A DNA stretch of 64,000 nucleotides from Candidatus Bathyarchaeota archaeon (GTDB lineage Archaea; Thermoproteota; Bathyarchaeia; Bathyarchaeales; Bathycorpusculaceae): assembly GCA_963707955.1 (NCBI GenBank), contig OY970176.1, positions 736,001 through 800,000 of the forward strand, read 5' to 3'. A program made the translations under genes and the position numbers. Below the pieces are notes generated by a model. The model made no database searches. It saw only the letters and a list, made by a program, of their open reading frames with translations, and had not been told where the DNA came from. This document shows positions 10,475 to 20,796 of this stretch, piece by piece; position 1 is the stretch's first letter; each line of letters starts with the position of its first letter.

Positions 10475-11536
10475 CTAGATCGCCTGAACGCTTGATGCTT
10501 TAAAGACGATGAAAACTTCGCTCTCTAAATTGAGCGCCATCTCACCAAAGGACCGTTTGGTTATTTGAACCACGAAAGGTTTTCCAACGTCGATCGTGAG
10601 CTTCACGAGGGAACCTAAATCTGAGATTTGAACGATTCTGCCTTTAAACACGTTTCTGGCGCTTGATGTCAGTGGGTTTTTAGATAGAATTATGTCTTGG
10701 GGGCTTATGAAAATTGAGGTTTCACCTTGTTTTTGAAGTGCTGCTTCGATTTGCACGCCATTGCCCACATCCACAATTGTTGTGCCCGCATCCGTGATTC
10801 TTGCGGTTCCCACGAAAGTGTTGTCGACCGCGGCAAAACTGGCCAGATTCCTAGAAAGCCTGCCGAAAATATCAGCTGATGTTCCAATTTCGGTTATTCT
10901 GCCCTGGTTTATCAGGGCGACACGGTGAGGTATTGCTTTGGCTTGGAACATGTTGTGAGTGGCCATCACAATAGTGGTCTTCAGCTCCCGATTGACAGTT
11001 ACGATGACCTCCTCAATGATCGAAGCGTTCTTGGGATCCAAGTTTGCAGTGGGTTCGTCTAAGAGAAGCAGCCTAGTCTTCAAAACTAAGGCCCTAGCTA
11101 ATGCCACTCTTTGTTGCTCTCCACCTGAGAGTTTCTTAGCCGAACGCTTCTCGAATCCTTCCAACTTCACGAGTTTCAATGCTTTCCTAACTTCTTCCTC
11201 AATCACTGCTTTCGGCATTTTCCGCATTTTCAAACCGTAAGAAACATTATTAAATACAGAAGTGCCAAAGAGCACTGTTCTCTGAAACACCAATGCACTC
11301 TGCAAACGCATTCTTTCTGAATTCTTGTCTGTGACTATTTCGTCTTGAAATTTGATTTCTCCACTTTTAGGTTTTAGAAGGAAGGCGAGAACTTTTAGAA
11401 GAGTGGTTTTTCCAGACCCGTTAGGCCCGAGCAACGCCAGTATTTCACCTTCCTGAATTTGCAGCGTCAGATTTTCCAACACAATCCTACTGCCGAAGCA
11501 CTGCGTTACATTTCTTAACTCTGCGAGCACTGTCAT
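10475..11536 (-). CDS. tupC: Tungstate ABC transporter ATPase with C-terminal TOBE domain
   Basis: GPNGSGKT, LSGGEQQR, LDEPT and SSARN TOBE motif. Confidence 0.85.
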   Translation of the reverse strand: MTVLAELRNVTQCFGSRIVLENLTLQIQEGEILALLGPNGSGKTTLLKVLAFLLKPKSGEIKFQDEIVTDKNSERMRLQSALVFQRTVLFGTSVFNNVSYGLKMRKMPKAVIEEEVRKALKLVKLEGFEKRSAKKLSGGEQQRVALARALVLKTRLLLLDEPTANLDPKNASIIEEVIVTVNRELKTTIVMATHNMFQAKAIPHRVALINQGRITEIGTSADIFGRLSRNLASFAAVDNTFVGTARITDAGTTIVDVGNGVQIEAALQKQGETSIFISPQDIILSKNPLTSSARNVFKGRIVQISDLGSLVKLTIDVGKPFVVQITKRSFGEMALNLESEVFIVFKASSVQAI

Positions 11537-11571
11537 TTCTTGGCCTCTGACTAACATCATTCAACGAGGCT

Positions 11572-12291
11572 TTATTGGGGCATCCTGCCGAGGGCAAGTA
11601 GCACCTGTGGGTTCTTAGCAATAACTATTATCAAATTTATGCCAAACACTATTACGAGCAGAATTATCGCGAGGGCAATGGCCGTGGAGAAGTCAGCACG
11701 TGCAGTGAGAGTCGAAATGTTCGTCGTCAAGACATCAGTGAAACCGGCAAGGTTGCCACCCACCATCAGGGCAACTCCCAACTCTGCAATCGCGCGATTG
11801 AAACCGGCAACATTAGAAAAAATGAGTCCGTTGATCGCTTCCTTCAAAACGGCGATTGAAGCCTGAGACTCGGAAGCCCCCAAAGTTTTTGCTAGATTCA
11901 TCATTTCTGGGTCGACGGCTTCAATCGCATTCGTTGCAATGCTAACAATCAGAGGTGTCACAAGCAAAGCTTCGCCTAAGATAATTGCTCCCGGAGTATA
12001 AAGCAATCCCAGAAATCCCAATGGTCCAGCCTTTGAAAGAATCAACCAGAGAAACAAGCCTAAAGCCACGGTGGGCAGGCCAATTAAAGTCGTGAAAAAA
12101 CCTTTGATTATGGATTTGCCTCGAAAATCCTTTAAGCCCAAGAGCATTGCGATTGGTGTTGCCCAGAGTACAGCGAGAATTGTTGCAACTCCAGAAAAAA
12201 GAAGAGAACGGTAGACAACGCCATAGACGGTTGGATCACCAGACAAGATCAGTTGAAGAGCTCTAACTATGCCATCTAATATCTGGTTCAA
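11572..12291 (-). CDS. tupB: Tungstate ABC transporter permease
   Basis: GLPTVALGL, GPLG.LGLLYTP and FNRAIAELG..LMVGGN motifs. Confidence 0.88.
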   Translation of the reverse strand: MNQILDGIVRALQLILSGDPTVYGVVYRSLLFSGVATILAVLWATPIAMLLGLKDFRGKSIIKGFFTTLIGLPTVALGLFLWLILSKAGPLGFLGLLYTPGAIILGEALLVTPLIVSIATNAIEAVDPEMMNLAKTLGASESQASIAVLKEAINGLIFSNVAGFNRAIAELGVALMVGGNLAGFTDVLTTNISTLTARADFSTAIALAIILLVIVFGINLIIVIAKNPQVLLALGRMPQ

Positions 12292-12302
12292 TCATTTTGC
12301 CT

Positions 12303-13286
12303 CTAAGAATAGAGCTCTGGATGGCCACCTTGATATTGCGTTGGGCATTCTGTACCGTTGAAGAACGCATATTGCTCTATCCAAGAAACGTCAGGCTGTG
12401 GACTACCGTTCTTGAGAGGCTGAACTGCACCATAGAACAGCTGTTGCGAATAATTGCCTGTGCCATAGCTGTTTATCACTTGCTGACCTGCATCTGAAAC
12501 AAGCCATTTTATGAAGGTTATCGCCTGGCTGAAACTGACGTTGCTGACTACTTTTGGGTTTACCGCGTATACGCTGTAGACGTTAAGCAAGGAATAATCA
12601 GGACCTTTTATTAGTGCTGCTAGAGAGATCGTGCCGCTTTGTGAAAACGAAAGGTAGGTACCCATATCTGAAAGCGTATATGCGTTTTTTTGGTCAGCCA
12701 CTTGCAACGTTGCGCCCATGCCTTGTCCTGTGCTCGTAAACCACGATTCTTTTGATATTGTCGTCCAATTGTAGCCTGCTGCTTTCCATAGGCTCACCTC
12801 TTTTGTGTATGTTCCAGAGGCATCATTTCTCGAAACCCAAACTATCGTGCCCGTTTGGTTTCTTCCATATGCCAGTATGCTTTTCAACGCTTCGGTTGCG
12901 TTTTTGCCTGCGATTTTAGCCGGGTCCGAGCTTGGGCCAACTATGGCGAAGTAGTTCCAGGCGATAATTTTTCTGCAGACTAAAGTTCCATTTGCAAGGT
13001 AAGGATATTCAGATGACGGCGCGTGAACTAGAACTACGTCAGCCTCTCCAGCTGCTGCGTTTGCGAGAGCGATACCTGTTCCTTGTGGAGAAAAGTAAAT
13101 GTCAACCTTATGAGTTGCTTCATATTGCGTCTTTATTTGATCAAGTAACCCGGTGTCGTAGAGGCTTGTGGTCGTAGATATTATCAGGCGAGGTGTTGGG
13201 GAGAAATCCAAGTAAGCTATTGTTCCTGCAATCACCACGACCGTCGCTATTACTGCCACAATTAAGATTTTTTGCCATGCTTCCAT
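12303..13286 (-). CDS. tupA: Tungstate-binding protein
   Basis: TTTS.YDTGLL signature, VLVHAP, SRNDASGT; N-terminal membrane anchor. Confidence 0.92.
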   Translation of the reverse strand: MEAWQKILIVAVIATVVVIAGTIAYLDFSPTPRLIISTTTSLYDTGLLDQIKTQYEATHKVDIYFSPQGTGIALANAAAGEADVVLVHAPSSEYPYLANGTLVCRKIIAWNYFAIVGPSSDPAKIAGKNATEALKSILAYGRNQTGTIVWVSRNDASGTYTKEVSLWKAAGYNWTTISKESWFTSTGQGMGATLQVADQKNAYTLSDMGTYLSFSQSGTISLAALIKGPDYSLLNVYSVYAVNPKVVSNVSFSQAITFIKWLVSDAGQQVINSYGTGNYSQQLFYGAVQPLKNGSPQPDVSWIEQYAFFNGTECPTQYQGGHPELYS

Positions 13287-13294
13287 CTCTAATC

Positions 13295-13322
13295 ACCGAT
13301 ATGTTTTCTTATTCATTTCGAT
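13295..13322. promoter_or_regulatory. Putative ModE operator upstream of tupA
   Basis: ACCGATATGTT-TTCTTA-TTCATTTCGAT, an imperfect 11-6-11 palindrome resembling the ModE consensus; lies between the TATA box (TTTATAAA, 13327-13334) and the tupA RBS. Confidence 0.65.
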
Positions 13323-13801
13323 GACCTTTATAAAATTATCGCAGCAGAAGAGACACTGTTGCCCAACGAGAGATACGCAAGTCGTTAGGCGTGCTTTCGA
13401 TCGATCGAAATGAATCGACCGATAACCACAGCCGCCATGTATTAGCACGCATGTGCGTTCCAAATTTGGTCTGAAATGGTTCTTATTCTTCTTTTGCCTG
13501 TTCACGTCCGATACGAGCTTGTTTTGTAGCCAAGTCTTGGCCATGCTGAGGAAGGAAAATCATGAATTTGGGCATCAAACCGATCTAATCATCGCGGAGT
13601 CTTACACCGCAACCTTCGGCTTAACCCTCTACAGCTCGAGAAAGGCGGACACTGCGACAAGACCGAAAGCCGACGCGAGGCCTAGAATTGCATCCAAATT
13701 ACAAAAGACGAATTAAGACCATTTTTAACCATTTTCGGAACAGGCATGCGGCCAACGGCTCTAAACTTTATAAGAAATGCACTACAACAATAACAGCCAG
13801 A

Positions 13802-14359
13802 ATGCTCTCCCGCGGCAAACACAAGCCTTCAGGCAAGATTTGGATAGAGTACAATGGAAAACCGCTACTGGGCAAGGGCGGAGCCAAAATCCTAGAAAGC
13901 ATCAAAGACGAAGAATCAATCTCAAAGGCTGCTAAGAAGCTCGGCATGTCGTATCGTTATGTTTGGGGTTACATACGGAACATGGAGAAAGCCCTTGGCG
14001 AACCAGTCTTGGAAACGTTCAGAGGAGGCAAGTCCGGCGGTGGCGGTGCAAGATTGACCGAGTGCGGTGAAAGTCTACTAGACGAATACGGGCGTCTAGA
14101 GAATTACCTGAATCAGATTCTTGCCAACAAAGGATACTGGGAGGTGAAGAATTTGAAGATCAGTGCAAGAAACCGTTTGAAAGGAAAAGTTGTGTCAGTT
14201 GAAAAAGACGGCGTTACAGCAAAGGTAAAGATCGACGTAACCGGGCCTTCTGTAGTCACGGCAGTGATAACAAAGGAAACCCTTGAAGATCTGAACATAA
14301 AAGTCGGGGACATCGTAGAAGCGATAGTGAAAGCAACTGAAGTCATGATAGCCAAATAA
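13802..14359 (+). CDS. modE: ModE-family regulator (wHTH plus a single TOBE/Mop domain)
   Basis: SISKAAKKLGMSYRYVW, RGGKSGGGARLT and KISARN; divergent from tupABC. Confidence 0.9.
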   Translation: MLSRGKHKPSGKIWIEYNGKPLLGKGGAKILESIKDEESISKAAKKLGMSYRYVWGYIRNMEKALGEPVLETFRGGKSGGGGARLTECGESLLDEYGRLENYLNQILANKGYWEVKNLKISARNRLKGKVVSVEKDGVTAKVKIDVTGPSVVTAVITKETLEDLNIKVGDIVEAIVKATEVMIAK

Positions 14360-14558
14360 GCTTTTGCAAGGCTCGTAGGCACAGTGCAAAAAAGAAGCGC
14401 AAAGACCAATCACTGACCCAATAGACCTGAGGTTCTGTCAAAACATGTTTTTTTCGCAAGCGGAAACAACATCCCTGCGAATCTTGGAATCTAAGCGATG
14501 TTCTTCGAGTTTAAACTAGTTGCTACGACTCCCTGCTCTTAGCTGAAGGCTATTGGAC

Positions 14559-14960
14559 TCATTTTTCAATGATCATCGGATGAACCAGTTGGCGGCAATG
14601 AGGGCAGTGCACCAGTGCCTTGTCTCCGCTTGATTTCCAATCCTTCTTGCAGAAGGGGCATCGATACCACACGACGTTTCCAGGAAGATAAAACCGTTGC
14701 ACGCTCAAGACAAGCAATACTACTCCTGAAATGAGCATAGCATCCCCCAAGACCACGAGGTACACCAGTTTAAATTCAAGACCCGCAATGAAGCCCAGTT
14801 TCTCCGTCCATAGAAGCGTCAGAAAAGTTGAAAAAGGGTCTTTGGCTGACGAAACCTCTGGCCAAGTTTTCCACAGCGTGGTCAAAAGCGCAGCTATCCC
14901 TGCTAAGCATAAGATTAAGCTGAGGGCATACGTGGACCTCTTTCTGCGAAAAATCTTCAT
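14559..14960 (-). CDS. Two-TM membrane protein with C-terminal zinc ribbon
   Basis: Two hydrophobic helices; CPFC and CPHC. Confidence 0.75.
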   Translation of the reverse strand: MKIFRRKRSTYALSLILCLAGIAALLTTLWKTWPEVSSAKDPFSTFLTLLWTEKLGFIAGLEFKLVYLVVLGDAMLISGVVLLVLSVQRFYLPGNVVWYRCPFCKKDWKSSGDKALVHCPHCRQLVHPMIIEK

Positions 14961-15343
14961 TCTGCATTCTCGGCTTCAGATTTGCCACTTTTGTTTTATT
15001 AGATTTATGAAGTCAGTGTTCACAACAATCTACATTTCGCAGTTGGTGTTTAACGCGCGCGACAATAGTCCTAAACGCAACAGCATGGAAGGCCCTGCCA
15101 GCTATACTCATTTATCCTGTCGTAGCGAACAGGCATGGCTTCAAATTCCAAAGGACAACATGGACCATCACGAGAAAGCAAACCTCAACGAGCATAGCGC
15201 GTCGCAGATGAGAGAGCAGATTCTCGCAAACTCATGGAAACCTTTAAGTCTGCCGTGCGGTTTGTAATGGATGATAATTGGAAATCCAATTTTTCAATTA
15301 TGCTCAAGCCCAAGAGAGGTGATTATACACGTCCCAAAAAAGA

Positions 15344-15574
15344 ATGTTCGAAATCAAATGCACCGACTGCGGTCAAACCGCTATGGTGCCCTTCAAGCCT
15401 ACGGCAGGCAAGCCAGTTTACTGTAAAACGTGTTTCTCGAAGCACATGCTCAAGCGACCAGAAAATGGCGGTGCGAACTCCAGTTTTGACCCGAAACAAG
15501 CCTGGGCACGACGAGGAGACAACTGGCATGGAAGAAAGGAGGAAGAACCCACCAGCGTCTTTCAACGGCTCTAG
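15344..15574 (+). CDS. CxxC-x17-CxxC zinc-ribbon protein
   Basis: CTDCG...VPFKP..GKPVYCKTCF. Confidence 0.88.
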   Translation: MFEIKCTDCGQTAMVPFKPTAGKPVYCKTCFSKHMLKRPENGGANSSFDPKQAWARRGDNWHGRKEEEPTSVFQRL

Positions 15575-15653
15575 TGCACACTTAAAATAAGTAATATTCA
15601 GGCAGAAGGCAAGTTGCCGCCTTCGTTACCGCTTTTTGTTACCGCTTTCGTTA

Positions 15654-15968
15654 CTATCGTTTGCCACTGATTGTCTTAGCTGGCTGGAACACTTCACATG
15701 GTTCCTGTCTTCTGCATAACTGTGTGTCATGATTGTAACCTCTTGGACACTTCGGTCTCATATAGTGAACACAGTTGCCGCACTCCATTTCTGGAACGGC
15801 ATTCAGGGTCACAGTAGACGTGGGCAACTCAGCGCTTTTCCGTTCTTTCATCGTCCTCTGCTTCTTAGGCAAATCGCATCTTATGTCACAAGTCCTGCGC
15901 AGACCGCACAGATAACAACAAGCGTCCTTAACCTCGTTACGGCACGCCTCCGCCCTGAGCGCTCCCAT
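15654..15968 (-). CDS. Small Cys-rich hypothetical protein
   Basis: CCYLC, CGNC and CPR; GGGAGAG upstream. Confidence 0.55.
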   Translation of the reverse strand: MGALRAEACRNEVKDACCYLCGLRRTCDIRCDLPKKQRTMKERKSAELPTSTVTLNAVPEMECGNCVHYMRPKCPRGYNHDTQLCRRQEPCEVFQPAKTISGKR

Positions 15969-16126
15969 GTCGCTCTCCCTTATCGCGCTGCAACCATCGT
16001 CTCCAACTAGATACTCACACTCAAAACGTGAACGGCCAGCATTCTTCGTCAGGTCCCCCTCCTACCTTTTCCATAGTACGCAGTGCTTCTACTGATTCTG
16101 ACGCCCTCGAGGATCCGCTAGAATCT

Positions 16127-16408
16127 CTACGGGATCCGGCTGCTTGTCCGTCGAAGAGCGCGCTTCCCGGTTTTTTTTCCTCGCCTTTGATGTTGTGACT
16201 CTTCTGTGGATAGGCGAAGTTGTACATCTTCATGAATCAATTCGAGACTCGTCAGGATATCCGCGTAAGAAGTGCCTGCTGAGAACGCGACGACTGCGGC
16301 CGTGCCAACAATGAGTCTTGTATCAGGACCCAACATTTCCCTCAATTCTTCCGGCACACGCAGTACATCAGACTCGATCTTCGCCACTATCATTTTAAGC
16401 TCACCCAA
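16127..16408 (-). CDS. Hypothetical protein, weakly AbrB/SpoVT-like at the N-terminus
   Basis: AKIESDVLRVPEELREMLG; GGTGA RBS before a TTG start. Confidence 0.5.
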   Translation of the reverse strand: MGELKMIVAKIESDVLRVPEELREMLGPDTRLIVGTAAVVAFSAGTSYADILTSLELIHEDVQLRLSTEESQHQRRGKKTGKRALRRTSSRIP

Positions 16409-16747
16409 CTCGAAATCACCAGTTCTTAGAAAACCCCCTCGAACTATTCAAGCCTTTTCTTTACCTTCTATGCTTGCCTTATATGCTTACACGCGGCGGT
16501 CGGCTGGATTTTGGAAAACGAGCTCTACAGGAAACTCAGATTTTTCCCGCGCGCTAGCATCGTTGAAGGTTATGTACGTATGCTTTCAAAGAATTTATGT
16601 CCCCCACCGAGATACAGTTCGCGCGCGCAGACTGGCCAAAGAGCTGAATGTGTCAGGCTACTCATCTCCAACTGTCAAAGCATCCAGCATGTATTAGTTT
16701 TATTAGCCGTAACGTGTAAACTAGTTAGAAAAGGGTGATCGTTCAGA

Positions 16748-18010
16748 ATGAAGTCTTTTGACGCAAGTTCAGCGTACCGCTTCATGGAAAGACTCGTCAA
16801 AGACATCGGAAACCGAGAATCGGGAACAGACTCAGAGCGCAGAGCAGCACAGCAAATAAAGACTTGGTTCGAAGAGCTCGGACTCGCCAGCGTCACAACG
16901 GAAGAGTTCGAAGTTCAAACAAGCCAGATCCTAAAAGAAGAGGCCTCGCTTCCCGACGGCACGAGAATCGAATGTACAGCTGTCGGAAACTCGCTGTCAA
17001 CCCCGCCTGAAGGCGTCGAAGCAGAAGTCGTTATGTTGGAGTCGACGTCACAGGAAGCGCTGAAAAAAATCGAGAACAAAATCGCCATTCTGAGCATTAT
17101 TCTCTACCAGAAAGACTTCGTCAAAGTCGTGAAAGCAAAACCCATGGCCTTGGTCTATCCTTCCCGCACTCCCTTGGCGCCCACTGTTTATCGTTCCATC
17201 CACGCTGAATTCGTCGAAAAGGAAAACGTCCCGGCCGTGTCAATGGCCCACGACGACGTACTCAACGTGCTAAAAGGCCCGAAAAAGCTGAGAATAGTCA
17301 CTGAAGTAAAGAAAGTGACAGCTAAGAGCCAAAACGTCCTCGGCAAAGTGCCAGGCGTTCTCGAAGACGAAGACATACTCATCGGCGCACACTATGACAC
17401 GGTAAGAAGCGTCATGGGCGCGCACGACAACGCCGCAGGAACCGGCCTAGTGCTCGAACTTGCAAGAATTTTCGCGGGTGAAAAACCGAATCGAACGCTC
17501 AGGGTCGCAGCGTTCGGCTCCGAAGAGCTTGGACTGCGCGGCAGCTTCCATCACGCCGAAAATCCCGAGAACACAAAGAACCTCAAGCTCTGCCTCGACT
17601 TCGACGTTCACGGAATACTGCTCGGAAGCTTAAGCGCCGTCGTTCTGGGACCAGAAGAATTGAAATCATACCTCTCTTTCACAGCCAAGGAGCTTGGAAT
17701 ACGCCTTCAAGCCACGAGTGAATTGGGAATGGGAGGTTCAGACCACATGCCCCTGGCCTTCTACGGTGTTCCTTCTATCATGCTGTCACGAGGTGGAGGA
17801 GCAGCCCAAATCATGCACACAAACCTTGAAGACCTGCGCTGGTGCGGTCCCGAAGCCTTCATCCCCGCAGGCAAGCTAAGCCAAACACTCTTGGAACGCT
17901 TACTGAGAGCCGAGGAGCTACCTTTTGAGAAGAAGATCCCGAACGAAGTCGCCAAGGCGCTTGAAAAGAGATTCGAAGACTCAGGTATCAAGAAAAAAGC
18001 GAAAGAATAA
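16748..18010 (+). CDS. M28 family aminopeptidase with PA domain
   Basis: GAHYD, GAHDNAAG, SEELGL.GS, SDH and MHT..D. Confidence 0.92.
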   Translation: MKSFDASSAYRFMERLVKDIGNRESGTDSERRAAQQIKTWFEELGLASVTTEEFEVQTSQILKEEASLPDGTRIECTAVGNSLSTPPEGVEAEVVMLESTSQEALKKIENKIAILSIILYQKDFVKVVKAKPMALVYPSRTPLAPTVYRSIHAEFVEKENVPAVSMAHDDVLNVLKGPKKLRIVTEVKKVTAKSQNVLGKVPGVLEDEDILIGAHYDTVRSVMGAHDNAAGTGLVLELARIFAGEKPNRTLRVAAFGSEELGLRGSFHHAENPENTKNLKLCLDFDVHGILLGSLSAVVLGPEELKSYLSFTAKELGIRLQATSELGMGGSDHMPLAFYGVPSIMLSRGGGAAQIMHTNLEDLRWCGPEAFIPAGKLSQTLLERLLRAEELPFEKKIPNEVAKALEKRFEDSGIKKKAKE

Positions 18011-18309
18011 GTATAATGACAAGAAGGCATGCGCGTCACGTATTCTAAGATAATTGGAAACGTCTTCCCGTTCATCGCGCAATCTCTTTTTTTGTGTTTG
18101 CTTGAGATGTCTTCATTTGCATATACAAAGCCGAATCCAAACATTAGTTCAGGCAGTTCACATGAATTTTCCTGAGTCTGTACTCTTTTTTTTGACGAAC
18201 AGCGTGGCACCGTTCTAATCACACATGGAGTTTTCTGGTTTCAAGGGCACGTTTGGTAAACGGGAACAGTTATAATGACTTTTATGGTATGCCACTATAG
18301 GTTAGGAAA

Positions 18310-19518
18310 ATGTTCAGCGTTCAAGTTCAATGCAGCAGATGTGGCAAAACCTTCCCTCCTGACATAGTACTAACTGTCTGCACAAAATGCGGCGGAGCAC
18401 TTCTGTTCCGCTACGATTTGCGCGGAGTTGCCGACGTCTTGTCAAAGGGGGCCCTGAAGAAGAGGAGCGACAGCTTCTGGAAGTTCATCGAACTTCTTCC
18501 CCTATCCTCGGCTGAAGGCGTCGTTTCGCTAGGCGAGCCATACACGCCCTTGCTTCGTCTTCCACAAGGCAGTGCGACAGCCCTCAAGAACGTGTACGTT
18601 AAGGATGACGGACGACTTCCAACAGGAACGTTCAAGGCAAGAGGAATGGCGGTTGCTGTCTCAAGACTCAAGGAGCTAGGCATAAAGCGAATCGCAGTTC
18701 CATCCGCTGGAAACGCAACCGCGGCCCTAGCCGCTTATGGGGCGCAGGCGGGACTTGAAGTCTTCGCGTTCATGCCCAAAGACGTGCCTGAAAGCATTCT
18801 CAAAGAGTGCATCTTTCTGGGAGCCAAGGTGTACCTCGTCAATGGACTGATCAACGACGCTGGCGAAATTGTGAAGAGACTCGAACCAAAATACGGTTGG
18901 TTCAACGTTTCCACCAACAAACAACCCTACAGGGTCGAAGGCTACAAGGCGATAGCATTTGAAGTAGCAGAACAGTTCAACTGGAACCCGCCGGACAGCA
19001 TAATCTTCCCAACAGGAGGAGGAGAAGGAGTGATTGGCCTCTGGAAAGGCTTCAAAGAACTAAAGGACTTAGGCTGGACAAAGAAGATCCCACGAATAAT
19101 AATCGTCCAATCCACGGGCTGCGCCCCACTCGTCAAAGCCTTCAACAGCAACCAGTCAGACGTCAAGGAACCATGGCAGAAAGCCCAAACAATCGCCACC
19201 GGCTTGAACGTGCCCTACCCTTACGCAAGCTACCTTATACTCCGGGCATTGAAGGAAACGAACGGCATGGCAACAGCAGTGGAAGACACAAAGATAATCT
19301 CCTCTATGAAAAGCCTGTTCAGAAAGGGCATATACGCGTGTCCAGAAGCAGCCGCCACTCTGGCAGCGCTGGAAAAGTTGAAAAATCAAAACGCCTTTGA
19401 CCCAGAGGAAACCATACTGCTCTACATCACTGGTAACGCAACGAAATATTTCGATGCACTAGAAATAAGAAGAGGGCAAATACCGGTCCTGGAGCGAAAC
19501 ACAAGCTCATTGGACTAA
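18310..19518 (+). CDS. thrC: Threonine synthase (fold type II PLP enzyme)
   Basis: N-terminal CxxC pairs; VSLGE; PTGTFKARG; SAGN; PTGGG. Confidence 0.85.
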   Translation: MFSVQVQCSRCGKTFPPDIVLTVCTKCGGALLFRYDLRGVADVLSKGALKKRSDSFWKFIELLPLSSAEGVVSLGEPYTPLLRLPQGSATALKNVYVKDDGRLPTGTFKARGMAVAVSRLKELGIKRIAVPSAGNATAALAAYGAQAGLEVFAFMPKDVPESILKECIFLGAKVYLVNGLINDAGEIVKRLEPKYGWFNVSTNKQPYRVEGYKAIAFEVAEQFNWNPPDSIIFPTGGGEGVIGLWKGFKELKDLGWTKKIPRIIIVQSTGCAPLVKAFNSNQSDVKEPWQKAQTIATGLNVPYPYASYLILRALKETNGMATAVEDTKIISSMKSLFRKGIYACPEAAATLAALEKLKNQNAFDPEETILLYITGNATKYFDALEIRRGQIPVLERNTSSLD

Positions 19519-19577
19519 ACTTTCCGCAAGAAGAGTACTTATACGTTTCCGGATGTTTATGTCACCGAGGGAAACGT

Positions 19578-19973
19578 ATGATCAAGACTGTTTGGTCAAT
19601 CACCTTCCACGTGTCAGATTTGGAGAAAGCTGCAAGATTCTATGAGGAAACATTGGGCTTGGAGCGAAAGTACGAGTTTCCAAGTTACGTCGGATTCGAA
19701 TGTGGCGGCATAGAAATAGGCTTAATCCCAAAACCGAAAGGCGAAGCGCCGTGCAATGCGTCACCGACCGTGCAGTTGCTCGTGAATGACGTTGACCAGT
19801 TTTGCAGAGAACTAGAGACGAAGGGAATGAAGTTTACAAAAGAAGTGCACGACGAAACGTGGGGCGGGAGACAAGCAACGTTTAAGGACACAGACGGTAA
19901 TGTCCTTGAAGCCACACAGCTAGACTGGAAAAAATATTTTGAAGTATCAGCAAAGGGTGCCCAAAATAGGTAG
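19578..19973 (+). CDS. VOC/glyoxalase family protein
   Basis: VSDLEKAARFY...LG and WGGR.ATFKD.DGN.LE. Confidence 0.9.
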   Translation: MIKTVWSITFHVSDLEKAARFYEETLGLERKYEFPSYVGFECGGIEIGLIPKPKGEAPCNASPTVQLLVNDVDQFCRELETKGMKFTKEVHDETWGGRQATFKDTDGNVLEATQLDWKKYFEVSAKGAQNR

Positions 19974-20017
19974 CCAGCGCTTGAAGAAAAAAGGAAACGA
20001 TGCCAACAGATTGCACG

Positions 20018-20242
20018 CTATTGTTTTCGTCCGCATTCAGGGCAGAAACGCACCGAAACAGGTATTCTGCTTTTGCAGTTGGGGCAGATTTTCAACACAA
20101 GTTCAGGACGCAACAGGGCCCCGCAGAAATTGCAGTAGCTAGAAACTGAGGAGACTTCCCTCCCACATCTTGGGCAAATCAAGCATCTTCCATACAAGGG
20201 AAGCGGAATAAGAACCCAAGCTCCAACGTTCAAATCATCCAC
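20018..20242 (-). CDS. Double zinc-ribbon protein
   Basis: Four CxxC pairs. Confidence 0.75.
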   Translation of the reverse strand: MDDLNVGAWVLIPLPLYGRCLICPRCGREVSSVSSYCNFCGALLRPELVLKICPNCKSRIPVSVRFCPECGRKQ

Positions 20243-20379
20243 TTCGTTCGAACAGGCTTTTTGATCTTCACCATCACAGTCTGCTATTTATACGGTGCCT
20301 CGTCGACGAAGGAGGCATTGCTTCTAACCTGCAAGTAAATGAATCATAGAAAAGAAAATGGGAAGGTGGAAGAAACGCT

Positions 20380-20796
20380 CTACTTCTCTTTTTCTATAGC
20401 ATAAGCGGCTTTAACGGCAATTATCACAGCGGCTGGGGCTGCGAACGCGGCGATGTACTTCAGAATCGCGTATGCCCAGTCATACAGCAGTTCATGAATA
20501 GTTCCTAGTGGTTGCCAGACACCCGACAGACCCGACAACCCCGCCACGACCAGAGCAATTGATGCTATGAGAAAAGGCGTTACATCCTTCGTGCCTACGC
20601 TTATGAGACCAATCACTATTCCAAGAATCACCAAGATCAACGTTACATACGCGTCGGCGTTTGAAACATTGGTGTCACTCCAGTGAAACGTTGCGGCGTA
20701 GGCCATGTAGCCAACAACTAGTCCCATCACGATTGCTATGACCACAAAGGCGATAAAAGCCCACTTTGCAATCTCTCTCATTTCCATTTCTACCAC
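20380..20796 (-). CDS. Four-TM hypothetical membrane protein
   Basis: KWAFI, FLIASIAL and FAAPAAVIIAVK; TATA-like TTATAA upstream. Confidence 0.8.
   Translation of the reverse strand: MVEMEMREIAKWAFIAFVVIAIVMGLVVGYMAYAATFHWSDTNVSNADAYVTLILVILGIVIGLISVGTKDVTPFLIASIALVVAGLSGLSGVWQPLGTIHELLYDWAYAILKYIAAFAAPAAVIIAVKAAYAIEKEK

Noticed and set aside
14731-15267. 178-aa plus-strand ORF and similar antisense ORFs (e.g. 21266-21946, 44719-45243)
   Set aside because: Shadow ORFs overlapping well-supported genes, with no recognisable motifs
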